Made by a program: the position numbers and the translations under genes. This document shows, one piece after another, positions 36,116-49,000 of a DNA stretch of 64,000 nucleotides. The notes under the pieces were generated by a model, which saw only the letters and a program-made list of their open reading frames with translations, was not told where the DNA came from and did not search any database. Location of the stretch: NCBI RefSeq assembly GCF_964213995.1, contig NW_027590163.1, forward strand, positions 62,001 to 126,000, in the 5' to 3' direction. Every line of letters begins with the position of its first letter. Within the stretch, counting starts at the first letter, position 1. The stretch comes from Mustelus asterias (Eukaryota).

Positions 36116-36187
36116 GGTTCCGTGGTGTAATGGTGAGCACTCTGGACTTTGAATCCAGCGATCCGAGTTCAAATCTCGGCGGAGCCT
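36116..36187 (+). tRNA. tRNA-Gln(TTG)
   Basis: Full cloverleaf, A/B boxes intact, one G-U in acceptor stem. Confidence 0.85.
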
Positions 36188-36525
36188 TGCTTTAATTTGC
36201 AGATGATGGATATACTAAAGGGCGTTTAATTTTCTCACCAAGTCCGAATCGAGAGGACAATTTGTCAGCCAGTTCAGCTGCTGTTCCAATGCACATTGCT
36301 GAACCTCTGGCGCCAGATGCCTGCAACATCAGTGCTTTTCATCTTTTCGCTACTCTTTAACTCCTCTGTTGAAAGATAGAAGCAGTTGGTTTCACACAAT
36401 AACAATTCGATTGGAGTCTGGCAATTATTGAGCAAAATGTGTGTGTGCGCGTGTGTGTGTGCGTGTGAGTGCGTGAGAGAAAGAGAGTCGGTGCGTGTGT
36501 GTGTTTTGGAGAAAAGACTGCTGTC

Positions 36526-37363
36526 GATTCCATGGTGTAATGGTTCGCATTCTGGCCTCTCGCCTCCGAATTCTGGTTTAAATTGGGACGCATGAGTGAA
36601 TGAGTGACACATGTAGGTGGACCCCCTGCCCACTGTGGTGTCTCTGCTTCTCAGCCCTTTCTGTTCTTGAGCAATCGTTCTCTGGAGCTGATGCAATGAC
36701 GCCAGGAAAGTCATTCGCTGCATCGTCTGCAATGTGATTGCGCTGGAAATTGCTGAAATTTCCACAGTGTTTAGTTTTCCACTTTCTGAGAAGTAAAAAT
36801 GAAATGCGCTTCAGCAAACTCATCATCGTCTTTAGCAAATTCGAACAAACTTTCACCGAGTTCTGAACTCCGTTTACTGCATTCGGGGTCCAGAGTGCCC
36901 ACCATCACACCACAGAAACAGAAACAGAGCCACCTGATGCAAATGGTTATTCAAAGCATGTGACCTTTTTCATTCAATGCGGCAGCAACAGCAAGTGGGT
37001 CAAATGCTTTGAGTGACCATTTGCAGCCGGCTGCTATGTTGTAGGTCCTCTGGTCTAATGGTGACTACTCTGAATCCAGTGAACCGAGTTTAAATTTAGG
37101 CGGACCCTTGCTCTTCTTTGCCATTGTTGAGGATTGATTTGTCGATGGATCTTTTATTTCAGTTCCTCATAAAGCAGGAATCGGGAGGACAATTTGTCAG
37201 CCAGTTCAACTTCCAGTACATTGCACAATGCTGAGCCTCTGGCGATAGATGCCGACATCAGCAATGTTTTTTTTCATCTTTCGCTACTCTTTAAATCATC
37301 TGCTGAAAGAAAGAAGCAGTTGGTGTCACACAACAGCAACCATTCGACTGGAGACTGGCAATT

Positions 37364-37399
<36 letters not shown>

Positions 37400-37500
37400 G
37401 GGAGCAAGGTCTGGTGTCATAGGTCAGAGTGCTGTCTTTTCCTTGGTGTAACGCTGAGCAATCTGGACTCTCGCCGTCCGACTTCTTGTTTCAATTGGGA
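36526..37500. pseudogene. Group of tRNA-Gln pseudogenes (half-gene + 36526; - ~36850-36920; + ~37045-37108; half-gene + ~37438)
   Basis: Recognisable ggttccatggtgtaatgg/aatccag/gagttcaaatctcgg remnants. Confidence 0.65.
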
Positions 37501-38126
37501 CAGATGAGTGAGTGAATGGCACCCGGAGGTGGACCCCCTGCAAAAGATATTTTGAATTAGTAACATCTTTTGGAATGATTGATCCTCATTTTGTTTCATT
37601 TTATGTCAAATAGGGTGACACATTCTTGTATCTTATTTTTTAATACCTCAGCCCTTTAACGATTTAAACAGGGAACATTCAGTCCAAGAAAACTAATCCA
37701 CATTGAACTAGAAAAAGAAACACTGAAGTTACTGAAAATCCCATTTCAAAACAGAAAATATTGGAAGAACTCAGCAGGTCAAACGTCGTCTTTGGAGAGG
37801 GAAACAAAGTGAATGTTTCGGGTCGCTGACGTTATATCCAAAATGGAAGAAGTTAGAGATTCAATGGTTTACAAGCAACTACAGAGTGAAGGAAAAAAAG
37901 AGGACAAGAACTCTTTTTATGACCTGGTGACAGGATGTAAGGTTGGAGTGACTGAATGGCAATGGGAATGATTATTGTTTCCACTGACACAATCTCCCAG
38001 ATCTTGGTTCCAATCTCGCGCAAAATGAGAAGAAAGCTTCTAGCTGAATTAAGCACTAAACTCTTCGACTGCCAGGGAAGCAGAGATCGCTTTAACTCAT
38101 GAAAGTAGTAACTGTGAAATTCATAG

Positions 38127-38380
38127 AGCGGCACGGTGGGACAGTGCTCAGCACTGCTGTCTTTCAGCGCCAGGGACCGGGGTTCGAATCTCGCCTTGGG
38201 TCACTATCTGTGTGTGGTCTGCACGTTCTCCCCGTGTCAGCGAGTGTTTCATCCCACAGTAGGAAAGATGTGCTGGTTAGGTGCATTGACCCGAAGAGGC
38301 GCTGGAGTCTGGCGACTAGGAGAATTTCACAGTAACTTCATTCATGCAAGCCTTCCTTGTGACTACTAAATAAACTTTAA
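38127..38380 (+). mobile_element. SINE (HE1-like head, different tail)
   Basis: gcggcacggtgggacagtg...ccagggaccggggttcgaat. Confidence 0.7.
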
Positions 38381-38449
38381 AAGAAAACGGGATGGGAAAA
38401 GGTTCAGTTTGAGCGGCGACACTGCTGGAACTTAACCCAGTAAAAACAG

Positions 38450-38493
38450 AGCCCAACGTGGGACTCAAATGCACGACCCTGAGCTAGACGGAC
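38450..38493 (-). pseudogene. tRNA-Lys with internal deletion
   Basis: D-loop to anticodon arm lost between two ctgag direct repeats. Confidence 0.55.
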
Positions 38494-39199
38494 ACATATC
38501 AGAACTGGCACTCCATATACTCAAATGCATGGAGACAAATATGGCTTTTCCATCTACTATCTCAGCTTATTCCAATTAGAAAGTTGGCGATTAATCAACC
38601 GACAGAATATTTGAGGTTAGAATGCATTCCTCTCAATGATCGACAACTTCATTCGCATCTTGCACTTCTGAGGTGCATCTCCTTCCAAACATTGCAAACT
38701 CCTCTTACATCTTTCGCCTTAATATTTTTGATCTAACTACTCAAACCAGGTGGGGAAACAGCATCTCAGTATGCCTGGAGTCAAACTATCGCCCCATTTT
38801 CAGACTTTTCGATCTGACCACCTCTCAGCCCAAAATCATCCCACTGAGTCTCTCCTCCCCGCACAACCGCCTCATCACAGGATCAAATCCAGTGAACGTT
38901 GGTGAAACATAGACAGCGAGAGAATAGAGGGTGCAAAGAGCAAAAGAGGGAACAGTGATCGATGCACAGACAAAAAGACTGAAAAGTGAAAGAGTCAGAG
39001 ACAGGTCTCCAGCGACAAAAAGAGACAGACAGGGAAAGAAAGTGAAGCAATCACCCGCAACTCAATATACACAAAACAACTGTCGGAACCCACAAAACAT
39101 GCGGTCCTCTGAATGGGTGAATAAGGATTAAATGAATGTCTGCAAGCATTGTCTCCTTTTGAAAATGTCTGGACCTCTGTGAGTGTGTTGTGCGAACAG

Positions 39200-39556
39200 A
39201 ATTTGATTTGATTCATGGTCACATGTATTAACATACAGTGAAAAGTATTGTTTCTTGCGCGCTCTACAGACAAAACATACAATTCATGCACCAGGAAACG
39301 AGAGAGTGCAGAACGTAGTGTTACAGTCATAGCTAGGATGTAGATAAAGATCAACTTAATGCAAGGTAAGTCCATTCAAAAGTCTGACAGCAGCAGGGAA
39401 GAAGCTGTTCTTGAGTCAGTTGGTACGTGACCTCAGACTTTTTGTATCTTTTCCGGATGGAAGAAGGTGGAAGAGGGAATGTCCGGGGTGCGTGGGGTCC
39501 TTAATTACGCTGGCTGCTTTGCCGAGACAGCGGGAAGTGTAGACAGAGTCAATGGG
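39200..39556 (-). mobile_element. LINE 3' end (Rex/Babar-like); related copy at ~44735-44915 (+)
   Basis: Shared tail ending in aatcaaatcaaa repeats. Confidence 0.5.
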
Positions 39557-39666
39557 AAGCCTTTCAGTGTGTTCTCAGGTTCTCAAATCATGCCCCATGT
39601 GAACCAATTCCGCCATGTCACGGGAAATAAACTAACAAAATCCACGACATGTCCATTACAAAGCAA

Positions 39667-39756
39667 GGGCTTGTCCAGGATTTAAACCAGGGACCTCTCG
39701 CAAGCCTGCGGATTTTAACACCCAAAGCGAGAATCTTACCCATCGACCAACAGGCC
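39667..39756 (-). pseudogene. Intron-containing tRNA-Pro(TGG), degenerate
   Basis: 72-nt tRNA-Pro plus 18-nt insert (39703-39720) after position 37; T-loop TTC->TTT and other substitutions. Confidence 0.75.
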
Positions 39757-40194
39757 CGCGTCAAAAAAGCATGTCAACTAAATATATTTTCATTGCCATC
39801 TAACAGCGGATCAGAAATTTGCAATGAAATGTAATAATGTTGGAAAAACTCAAGAAGTCAGACAGCGTCTGTGCATAGGGAAAGAAAAGATAAACTTTCA
39901 CCTCCATGACCTTTCGTTAACATTCGGAATGTTTAGAAATGTAGGAATTTTAAAAGAAGTGAAATCCAGCAGGGAGGAAACATAACAACATCTGATATGG
40001 TGGAAGCCAGGGGAAAATAAATGAGGGAAACAGAGAATGACAGAATGATTACACCACAGAATGAGACGATTACAAATTTACTTGCAGGACTCACATGCGT
40101 TGTGGGTGAAGGGGAACCAGAGGGCGTACTGTTCATATATTTCAACAAAACCGCAGTGATGAGGTTGGTGGGCTTGAAAATTGAACGCTATACA

Positions 40195-40620
40195 TAGAAA
40201 CATAGGAACATAGGAATTGGGAGCAGATGTCGGCAAATTCAGCTCTGTGATCCTGCTCTGCCATTCAATCAGATCATGGTTGACCTCTCCTTGATCTGAA
40301 ATCCACCTCCCCACCTATTCTCCATATCCCTTTAATGTGTTTTTCTTCATCAGAAATATTTCTATCCCTTCTTGAAATCATTCAACGATTCAGATTCCAA
40401 CGTGCTATGGAGCAGCGAGTTCCACCAATTCACCACCCTTTACGAGAAGTAGTTTCTCCTCACCTCAGTTTTAAATCCACGGGCTCTCAAACTATACACG
40501 TGAGCTCTTGTCCTTGATTGCCCCATGAGCAGGAACTTTTGGTCTACCTTTTCTTTATCAATCCATTTAGAATTTTATATACCTCTATCAGATTCCCTCC
40601 TCATCCTTCTAAACTTTAGC
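40195..40620 (-). mobile_element. CR1 3' fragment
   Basis: (catagaaa)-like tail and CR1 3' body. Confidence 0.7.
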
Positions 40621-40825
40621 ATTTTGTGGGACCATTTCATTTCACTATCAATTCCATGACCCAGCGAACTCAATCCGTGTTGTCATTGGCTGAAGGAGGC
40701 AATTATGTTCCACCCAAACAGGACATTTTGAAGAGGAAACGTGTCACAAGTGAAAAAGATCTGAGCGGAAAATAATGAGCAAAGGGACATGTGTGAAGTC
40801 AGTTTGAAAAACACAGTTCACCGGT

Positions 40826-40897
40826 TTCCATGGTAGTCCAGTGGCTTGTGTTCAGCACTCTCCCTGTGATGTCTGGTTTCAATTCCCGCTTTGGAAA
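40826..40897 (+). pseudogene. Highly degenerate tRNA-Glu
   Basis: Same upstream cassette as Glu copies at 33821, 43455, 46443. Confidence 0.45.
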
Positions 40898-41839
40898 AGA
40901 GGACTATTTGCTCTCAGCAAACCATTAATAATGATCTGATTTACTCTCTGATCGAAAACAGATCTATTAGAATCAGCCGAGTGAGGTTTGCAAGTTTATA
41001 TCAGAGCTGGAAGTTTCACCTGTGCAACAGTTCAAGAACAAACACAGAAAGAGAAGGACAGTGATAGGGTGCATCGTACGAACGATTGAGAAGTTGTTGC
41101 AAGGTAAAATCTGTCTGGTAATTGGTCAGATTTTACCGTTTACATTGACACTGAATAATGAAACTTTTTCCCGCACTCTGCATTGAAAAGCACTTGGAAA
41201 TATTTCTGTCCGGTTTCGAACCGTCGGAAGCGAAAGCGATAATTGCACTGGAGTGTTTGTTATATGTTGTCATTGGCTGAACAGATCACTGGCGTTGAAA
41301 CAGAGGGCGCCATTTTGCAGGAGAAAGCTATTTGTGGCGAAAGTGGCGTGAAAATTAAAGTAACAAAAGCAGCGTGGATAAATTAAATTCTAAAACACGC
41401 TGCAAGCTGCTGGTCTGGTGGTTAGAGTTTGACTCTTTCCCTGCTGTTTAGATTACTGGTCTGGAATTGAAGATTTATTGCTCCCATCCAAACTCTGAAA
41501 ACAAATGTGGGTTATTGCCTGGATGAAGATATAAAACATAATCTCGCCTCGTGTCCTTAAGTGCAGACCCTGAGCAAATTCAACAGGAGGTTCCCTTGTA
41601 ATTTCTGGCTGGAAATTGGGAAGAGACGAGCTTAAGGACAGTTTAAATGATGCCGGCCCTTCACTGCAGCTCATTGTGTTTCTGACGTGAGATGATTTCT
41701 GTTTGTTGCGCAGTTCAGGTTTACCTGAATCAGTGAAGGAGCAGCTCATGCTTCCTGTTGGCCTTTCCAAGTTTCATTGCTTTTAATGAATTTCAGTAAC
41801 AATATCATTAAATAACATGATCGCGATGTATTGCGATGT

Positions 41840-41921
41840 GGTAGCGTGGCCGAGCGGTCTAAGGCGCTGGATTAAGGCTCCAGTCTCTGCGGAGGCGTGG
41901 GTTCGAATCCCACCGCTGCCA
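41840..41921 (+). tRNA. tRNA-Leu(AAG)
   Basis: 82-nt sequence differing from recalled vertebrate Leu-AAG only in the variable loop; TTTT shortly downstream. Confidence 0.92.
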
Positions 41922-42107
41922 AAATAGATTTGAGTTTTGGTCTAACGGCTCAGATTAAGTGCAGGAGTGCGTGCGGTGTCGTTTTCGTCATGAACAACGA
42001 GCAGGGACATTACCAACTTAAAACGTTGCTGGGGTAAAGCAGCGTGTGTTCAAGTGGCTCCTTTCGAGAGCACACACAGGCTGAATTTCTGATTGCGGAG
42101 TCAAACA

Positions 42108-42232
42108 ACCTGATGAAGGAGCAGTGCTCCTGAAAGCTCGCAATTCCAAATAAGCTTGTTGGACTTTAACCTGGTGTTGTGAGAATTCTTACTGTACCCA
42201 CTGAATTCCAACGCCGGCATCTTTGCATCATG
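42108..42232 (+). mobile_element. Penelope LTR fragment (family A) with hammerhead-like core
   Basis: ctgatgaaggagcagtgctcctgaaagctc...ctggtgttgtgaga...caacgccggcatc. Confidence 0.75.
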
Positions 42233-42934
42233 ATATAAATAACAGGATTACAGACAGTGAGACTTTATTCCCTGCCCAGGAATTAAAGTGATGGACTTGA
42301 ACTTTCGAAGTGAAGTTCAAATCCTATCATGTACACGTCCCATCATTCCTCGTTCTCACCAGATATTTTCAGAATTAACCTGGCTCTTGTGATAACCACC
42401 GAACTACAGAAACACGGTGATGACCTCAGGGCAAGCAGATCCGGTTTACTGAAGAAACAACCACACTGGCTCCAGAAGCCCATCTTTTGCCCACAGCAAT
42501 TGCTATGACATTGTCTCTGCTGGTTTCTCCTGTCAAAATGAGTAATGATACATCCTACTGCATTAACGTTTCGTAATAACATGTTCGAGAAAAAGTATTC
42601 ATGACGTGTAAAACAAATCAACCGAACACCTGACATTTGCGGCATTTGATCACTTTCCCCCACAAATGCTGCTGCCTCGAATTCAATGCCTCAGAACACT
42701 CACCGACCCTTTTAACAGAGGTGATTCCTATCAGATCTGGTGCTGCAGGGAACGGAATTAATGGAGTAGGATTGGCTCACATGTCCCATGGAGTCTCCTC
42801 CACAATTTAAGGAGATCATGACGAATCCCAGGAATCAACATCAATTTCCAAACGTATCCTGATGGCCCTTCATTCCCTTAGATTCCAAAAATATCTCCCC
42901 TGAAACTTCAATATTCTAATTAACTGAGGATCGA

Positions 42935-43072
42935 CAGACCTCTGGCGAAGGGTCATCCAGACTCGAAACGTTGGCTCTGTTCTCTCTCCATAGATGCTGC
43001 CAGACCTGCTGTGATGTTCCAGCATTGCCTGTTTTTGTTTCAGATTCCAGCAACCGCAGTATTTTGCTTTTC
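42935..43072 (+). mobile_element. Family-B LTR element with hammerhead-like motif
   Basis: ctggcga-a-gggtc(atcca)gactc-gaaa-cgtt-ggctct. Confidence 0.65.
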
Positions 43073-43454
43073 GCGCCACCATTTACATTCCCTTTGATTT
43101 TTTTCCCATCACAACTTTGTCAACTCTTACCCACGGCTCCCACCCTCACACAACATATCCCACACTTAAAGTATCAACCTTGTCCTCTTTTCCTGTCTTC
43201 AGCTTTGATGACTGACCATACAGATTTGAAATGTTGGCTCTATTCTCTCTCCGGAGAGGCCGTCATGCCTGTTGAGATTTTCGAGCATTTTAAGTTTGTC
43301 TTTTAAGTTCCAGAATCTGCAGTAATTTGCTGTTGGCTGAAGGAGTCATTCGTGTTCGATCGAAACATTAGGTTTTTTTTCCCCGACAAACCTTTCGCGA
43401 GTATTTGAAAAACGCTGCAATGTATCGGTCAGATTAAAATGCTTGCTTGAATCT

Positions 43455-43526
43455 TCCCTGGTGGTCTAGTGGTTAGGATTTGGCGCTTTCACCGCCGCGG
43501 CCCGGGTTCGATTCCCGGTCAGGGAA
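43455..43526 (+). tRNA. tRNA-Glu(TTC)
   Basis: Complete cloverleaf, intact boxes, TTTT terminator ~8 nt downstream. Confidence 0.88.
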
Positions 43527-44319
43527 TAGAGGCTTTATTGCTGCCGACCAACACATGAATGCGGAGGGGCTGAAATTACTTCCTGATCAATAACAGGAGT
43601 GATCATTGTGTCAGTTTGAACGACCTGAAGAAACAAAATAAACCCACTTGCACAATCCCGTCAATTGTCCCCGGCAACTTTTCATGACATTCCCCTTGCT
43701 GCTTCCTCCTGTCAAAATGAATAATAATACATTCGACCCCACTAAATTTCACTGTAGCTCACCACATTGACAGATCATTCGTAACCTCTGCGTCTTCTGT
43801 AGCTTCTTGTGGTAAATCTGCTGAACAACATCAGAGATTTGTATCTCATTGATCATCATTACTGTCTCCATTCCCTCATTCCAGGTCACTGTCGCTACAG
43901 ACATAGTCACACAGTCATTCTACCTTCTGCAGCAAATGATATACTCTTCCTTTGCTTTCAGATACTTTCCCCTCCAGAAACTGATTACACGCTCAGTAAA
44001 ATGTTCTGTTTAGTTGACAGTTTATCATCAATTCTGGGCCTTGGTGGTGAATGGATTGAGTCTGAACGACTTGACCACCCGGCCTCCACCATCGCCAGCT
44101 AAATCTTGCCTTATCCATCACTGCTTGTTTCATTTAATCATCCTCCCTTGCTTTATATCACAGAACATCCGTTTTGTTCTTTTCACAAGCTGATTCATGG
44201 CGTTACCATCAGAAAATGTTGAAAATACTCGGCAGTTAATGATTCGTGGCAAATGCGTGATTAATTCTGAAAGCTGAGTTACTCTGAAATTGAAAACATT
44301 TGGAAATGTTTCTGTAAAG

Positions 44320-44525
44320 ATGAAATACTGCTGAGGCTGGAACCTGAAACACACAAAAAGAATACTGGAAAATCTCAGCAGGTCTGGCAGCATCTGTGAA
44401 GTGAGAACAGAGCCAGTGTGTCGAATCAGGAAATCTGATGAAGGGTCATCCAGATTTGAAACGCTGGTTTCCCCACAGATGCCGTCAGTTCTGCTGAGAT
44501 TTTCCAACATTTTCTGTTCCTGTTT
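44320..44525. mobile_element. Fold-back family-B element with hammerhead core (~44435-44467)
   Basis: Inverted arms; ctgatgaagggtcatccagatttgaaacgct. Confidence 0.65.
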
Positions 44526-44530
44526 AATAC

Positions 44531-44595
44531 ATTTCTGCCCAGGATTGAACCAGGAAACTTGCGTGTGTACGGCGAACGTGATAATTATCAGAAAC
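44531..44595 (-). pseudogene. tRNA-Val pseudogene (other Val relics ~41202-41250, 45541-45613, 54270-54325)
   Basis: ttatcacgttcgcc.tacac...ggttcaatcctgggcagaaa on minus. Confidence 0.55.
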
Positions 44596-46442
44596 GCTGC
44601 GGTGAAACGATGTAAGGAAACTGGCTCCACAAACACGTCAATTGCCCACAGCAATTTATATTTGCATTGTGTCTACTGGTACCTGCTGTTGACATGTTTA
44701 ACGACACATTCTACTGCATGGAATTCACGTGTTAACATGCACGACCTACCTTGTATTAAGTTGATCTTTCTCTACACCCTAGCTGTGTCTGTAACAGTAC
44801 ATTCTGCAATATTTCGTTTCCTTCCCGATGAACGATATGCTTTGTCTGTGTAGCGCGCAAGAAAAATACTTTTCACTGTATGCTAATGCATGTGACAATA
44901 AAAAATCAAATCAAAGGTACTCCATGAAGTTAATTAATTGAAAATTCAGCAGTGATTGGTTTCGACCATACGCCTTAATCAAGACTTCAATGCTGTCAGC
45001 AGACGTCATTGGTACCGGATCTGGTATTGATAGTGAACAGAATCAATGAAGTAGAACTGGGTCACATGTCCCATTGAGCCTCCTCCACGATTGATTCAAG
45101 GCAGATCCGCCACCTCAACCCCAATTTCCCAGCTTATCCCAATAGCCCTTCATTCCCTTAGATTTCAGAAACCACTCCAACTCAACCCTCCAGTGTCCTC
45201 ATCGACTGAGGATCCACACACCTCTGGCCGGCTGCAGAATTCTAAATATTCACAAGCCTTTGAGAGAAGAAATATCTCCATACCTTCGTCATAAATGGCT
45301 GACACATGATCCAGAGAATGTAAGCCCAGGGTGCCTGACCGAGACTGTTGTCGCCACCTTAACCCACTTAAGCCCACACATTTCCCATGGATAATCCATC
45401 AAACCGACATCAGCTGCACACGGACAGCATTTTTTCCAATAATTGATGAAGAACAAATTAATATTTTGGTTGATCCATATTCAGTTCACATCCAACAACG
45501 AACTACAATCGGGCAACTTTCCAGCAGTAAATTTCGATCATGTTCAACCCCGTTTCGAATCGGGGAGCCTATCCTGGATGATATGAAGATGATAACCCCT
45601 ACACTATAGAAACTCTGCTCATGACCAATGTGACCGGCCGAGAATATCAAACCGTGCAGTCTGATTGCAATTTAGAACCTTGTTTTCTCCTATTCCAATT
45701 CGGCTGGAAACCTTAGCAATGTGGCATATTCATTGATCTAACGTAAGATTCAGAAAATAATATTTGTCCCAATTGTTTTCCTTTCTCTCTGACTGCAGTT
45801 GTACAATATTATTCAGGACATGGCGAAGTGTAAATGTCCTATGGCTGTGAGACAATGTAATGCCTTAATATTTAACAAAACAAATTTGAAATGAGTCAGT
45901 TGTTTTGAAAATATTTTGCCGCTTTGCAAACGCAACAATCGCTATAATTCAGAAACAGCTAACGCATGGAGGTATTTAGATTTTTATGTGTCCACAGATG
46001 CTGCCAAATCAGCAGAGAATGTCTACCATCAGCTGTTTATATTATAAATACAGGTTTTATCACAATATAAAATACACAGAAAGTCGGTAATGATCAGTGG
46101 AATGACGATAGTCTTAAACTTTAACGGTGCTTTTAAACCTACACAATGCTGAGGTGGAAAGCAGATAGTTTGCAGCGATGAACATCTGCTGTGTGTTACC
46201 TCATCCGTTTCACAGGATCAGCATGATGAGATGGGTCGGTTTTGGAAATTGCAAGATACACATGAACAGCCTGTGAGACCTCACTGTTGATTCCTTGTTC
46301 CAGACAGCAACAATTAGTGTTTCATTGGCTGAAGGAGTCACACGTGTTCTTTCTGGATGTGATTTTTGTCCAACAAATATTTCTTGTGCATTTAAAAAAA
46401 TTCTGAAGTGGAAAAGTCAGGCTAAACGTTGCGTCGTTATCT

Positions 46443-46514
46443 TCCCTGATGGTCTAATGATTAGGATTCGGCGCTCCCACTGCCACGACCCGCATTCGAT
46501 TCCCGGTCAATGAA
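46443..46514 (+). pseudogene. tRNA-Glu-derived pseudogene (anticodon now CCC)
   Basis: Glu backbone with broken T and acceptor stems. Confidence 0.7.
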
Positions 46515-47702
46515 AATTTATTGAATGCGCGTAGCACATGAATGAAGAGGAGCTGGAATTATTTCCTGATTGAAAACAGGAATAATAGTTGACCCAGTTT
46601 GAACTGCGGTGAGAAACAAAATCGCTAATTTTCACAATCTTGTCAATTATCCCCAGCAACTTATTGCCTCTGCTGGTTCCTCCTGTCAAAATGAATACCA
46701 TTCATTTTGCTGCATGAAATCTGAGCTACTTACAAACTTCTCGTCAGAAATGGAATAAAACTGCATTTCTTGTACAAACGCAACCAAATCGGCATCAACA
46801 TTCATAAGTTTCTCACTTTTGAAACCTCATTGGAGGATCGATACATAAACAATTCATCCAGACACTCGTGTGGCAGAGGATTCCACAGGTTCACCACCCT
46901 CAGAGTAAAGATATTTCTCCGTGTCGCAGATCGAACTGGCTCCCCTGTATCCTGCAATTATGAACACTTGTTCCACAGCCGTCCCCCTCGCAGCCATCGC
47001 AAACCACACCCAACTGTCGAGTCTATAAAGCCTTGTCAAAATTGTGTAAGTTTCAGTGACATCCCCTCTCATTCTTTAATTTATTTGTTCGTCACAAATC
47101 CAGCTTATATTAGCACTGCAGTGAAGCTACCCGAGTCGTCACAGTTCATGTCAATTCACCTAATTAGCACGTCTTTCAGAACGTGGGAGGAAACCGCAGC
47201 ACTCGGAAGAAACCCACACAGACATGGGGAAAACCCGCACAACCAGTGATTCAAGCCGGGAATCGAACAGGGTCCAGAGAGCTGTGTGACAGTGGCGCTA
47301 ATCACTAACCATTCTTCTATTCTCCAGAACCACGAGCAAGAAATTTGGAATGAGAGTAGCTCTTTCACTGAACACACTTGAGGCTGGGATGGACAGATTT
47401 CTGATTGAACCGGGAATGAAGTGGAGTGGGTGGGAAAATTAAATTGAAACCCAGGATTAACCATGAGTTAAAGTTTCGCGTTCAGTTATTAAGTTTAATA
47501 GTATTTGAAATATATAAATTACTACAAATGTGTTTGGGATGAATATTCACTGAATTAGTAATGTCGATAACACCGGTTAACAGCAGAGCTGGAAGCACAT
47601 GAGAAATACTTTCATTGACGCCCATGGACGAAATGAAAAAGAAAAACTAAAACTATGTAACAATAAAAGCTGGTGGGGGAAAATGAAACACAGCGGCAGT
47701 GC

Positions 47703-47777
47703 CATCTCCGGACGGTCTCGAATCACCAATCTTTCGGTTAATAACCATGTTCGCTGACCGATCGCGCCAGAGAGGAT
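47703..47777 (-). pseudogene. tRNA-Asn pseudogene
   Basis: tggcgcgatcggtcagcg...taaccgaaagattggtgattcgag on minus. Confidence 0.6.
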
Positions 47778-48163
47778 GACACGCACGACATTCTTAATCA
47801 GGCTGGAAGCTTTTTCTCTGCAAATTTGACGCCAGTTCGATTTGCACCAAACCTGATACAGGAAGACCACATGATGATATAGTTTACAAATCTAAACAAG
47901 TTCCTTCGACTACTTTACCTCCACAGTGTTGTTTTGATGCAGTGGTTAAATCCTTCTGCCAAAAATGGAAAAAGGGCCGTTTGATAGAGCAGAATATGGA
48001 CAAACTATTTCCATTGACTTGAGTCAGTAAACAGAGGACTGGGATTGAAGATCATTAAATACTTGCATTTTTATAGAGCCTCTTCCGACCAGCGGACGTC
48101 ATAAAGAACTTTCCAACCACTGAAGGACTGTCAGAAATACAAAAAAATCCAGTTAAATACTGA

Positions 48164-48233
48164 AGAGGACATCCCGAATTGAACAAGGAACCTTTTGATA
48201 TGCAGTCAAATGTTCAACAACTGAGCGTCAAGC
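48164..48233 (-). pseudogene. tRNA-Cys(GCA) pseudogene
   Basis: gctcag...catttgactgcatatcaaaagg on minus. Confidence 0.55.
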
Positions 48234-49000
48234 CTCTGCCTTTGTCGTCCTTAAGCGTCTGTCACGCTCACCGTCTATGTTTACGTTTGCTCCTCTGTGT
48301 GCGTCACTGTGGCTATGTACCCGGAGGGAACATGTGGACGTATTTTTAGCATCAAATCTCTGTTCACTTACTGTATAAATCTTCACGCTAAATGGTACAA
48401 AAAATAACAAAAGCTTTGAAGTTGTAAGAGGAAATAACACTTCTTTCGTGAATGGAGACTTTATTGAGTCAGTTCCCGCATGTTTCATAGCGGAAGCTGA
48501 TTAAAATTTCACTGATCAACATTTAAACGGGCAGTGGATTTGCTCGGTGTGATGGTGCGTTACAGTTCTATATCTACAACCAGAGCATCAATTTCTATCA
48601 GTTACTGAGAATGACAATAGGTTTGATAATATGTGCAGGACTGATATAATTTGTCTAATTTTATTTGAATTCGACATTGCTAAATCTATTGCTATCATTG
48701 TGTCCCTGCAATGCAGAATCAGGACATGCGGCCCACCAATTCTGAACCAAATCTCTGATATAGCATCTTACACAGTTCTAAATGATCAGCGCCACATCCT
48801 GAGACTGTGTCCCCGTCCTTTAGATTCTCTGACCAGCGGAAACAATCTCCTTTCTTTCGTCTGACTCCAGAGAATAAACACCCAATTTACTCAGCCTTTC
48901 ATAAGAACATAAGAACATAAGAAATAGGAGCAGGAGTAGGCCATCTAGCCCCTCGAGCCTGCCCCGCCATTCAATAAGATCATGGCTGATCTGACGTGGA

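Noticed and set aside
46443-46514. Anticodon-switched Glu->Gly(CCC) mistranslating tRNA
   Set aside because: T-stem and acceptor stem are broken, so it is unlikely to be functional
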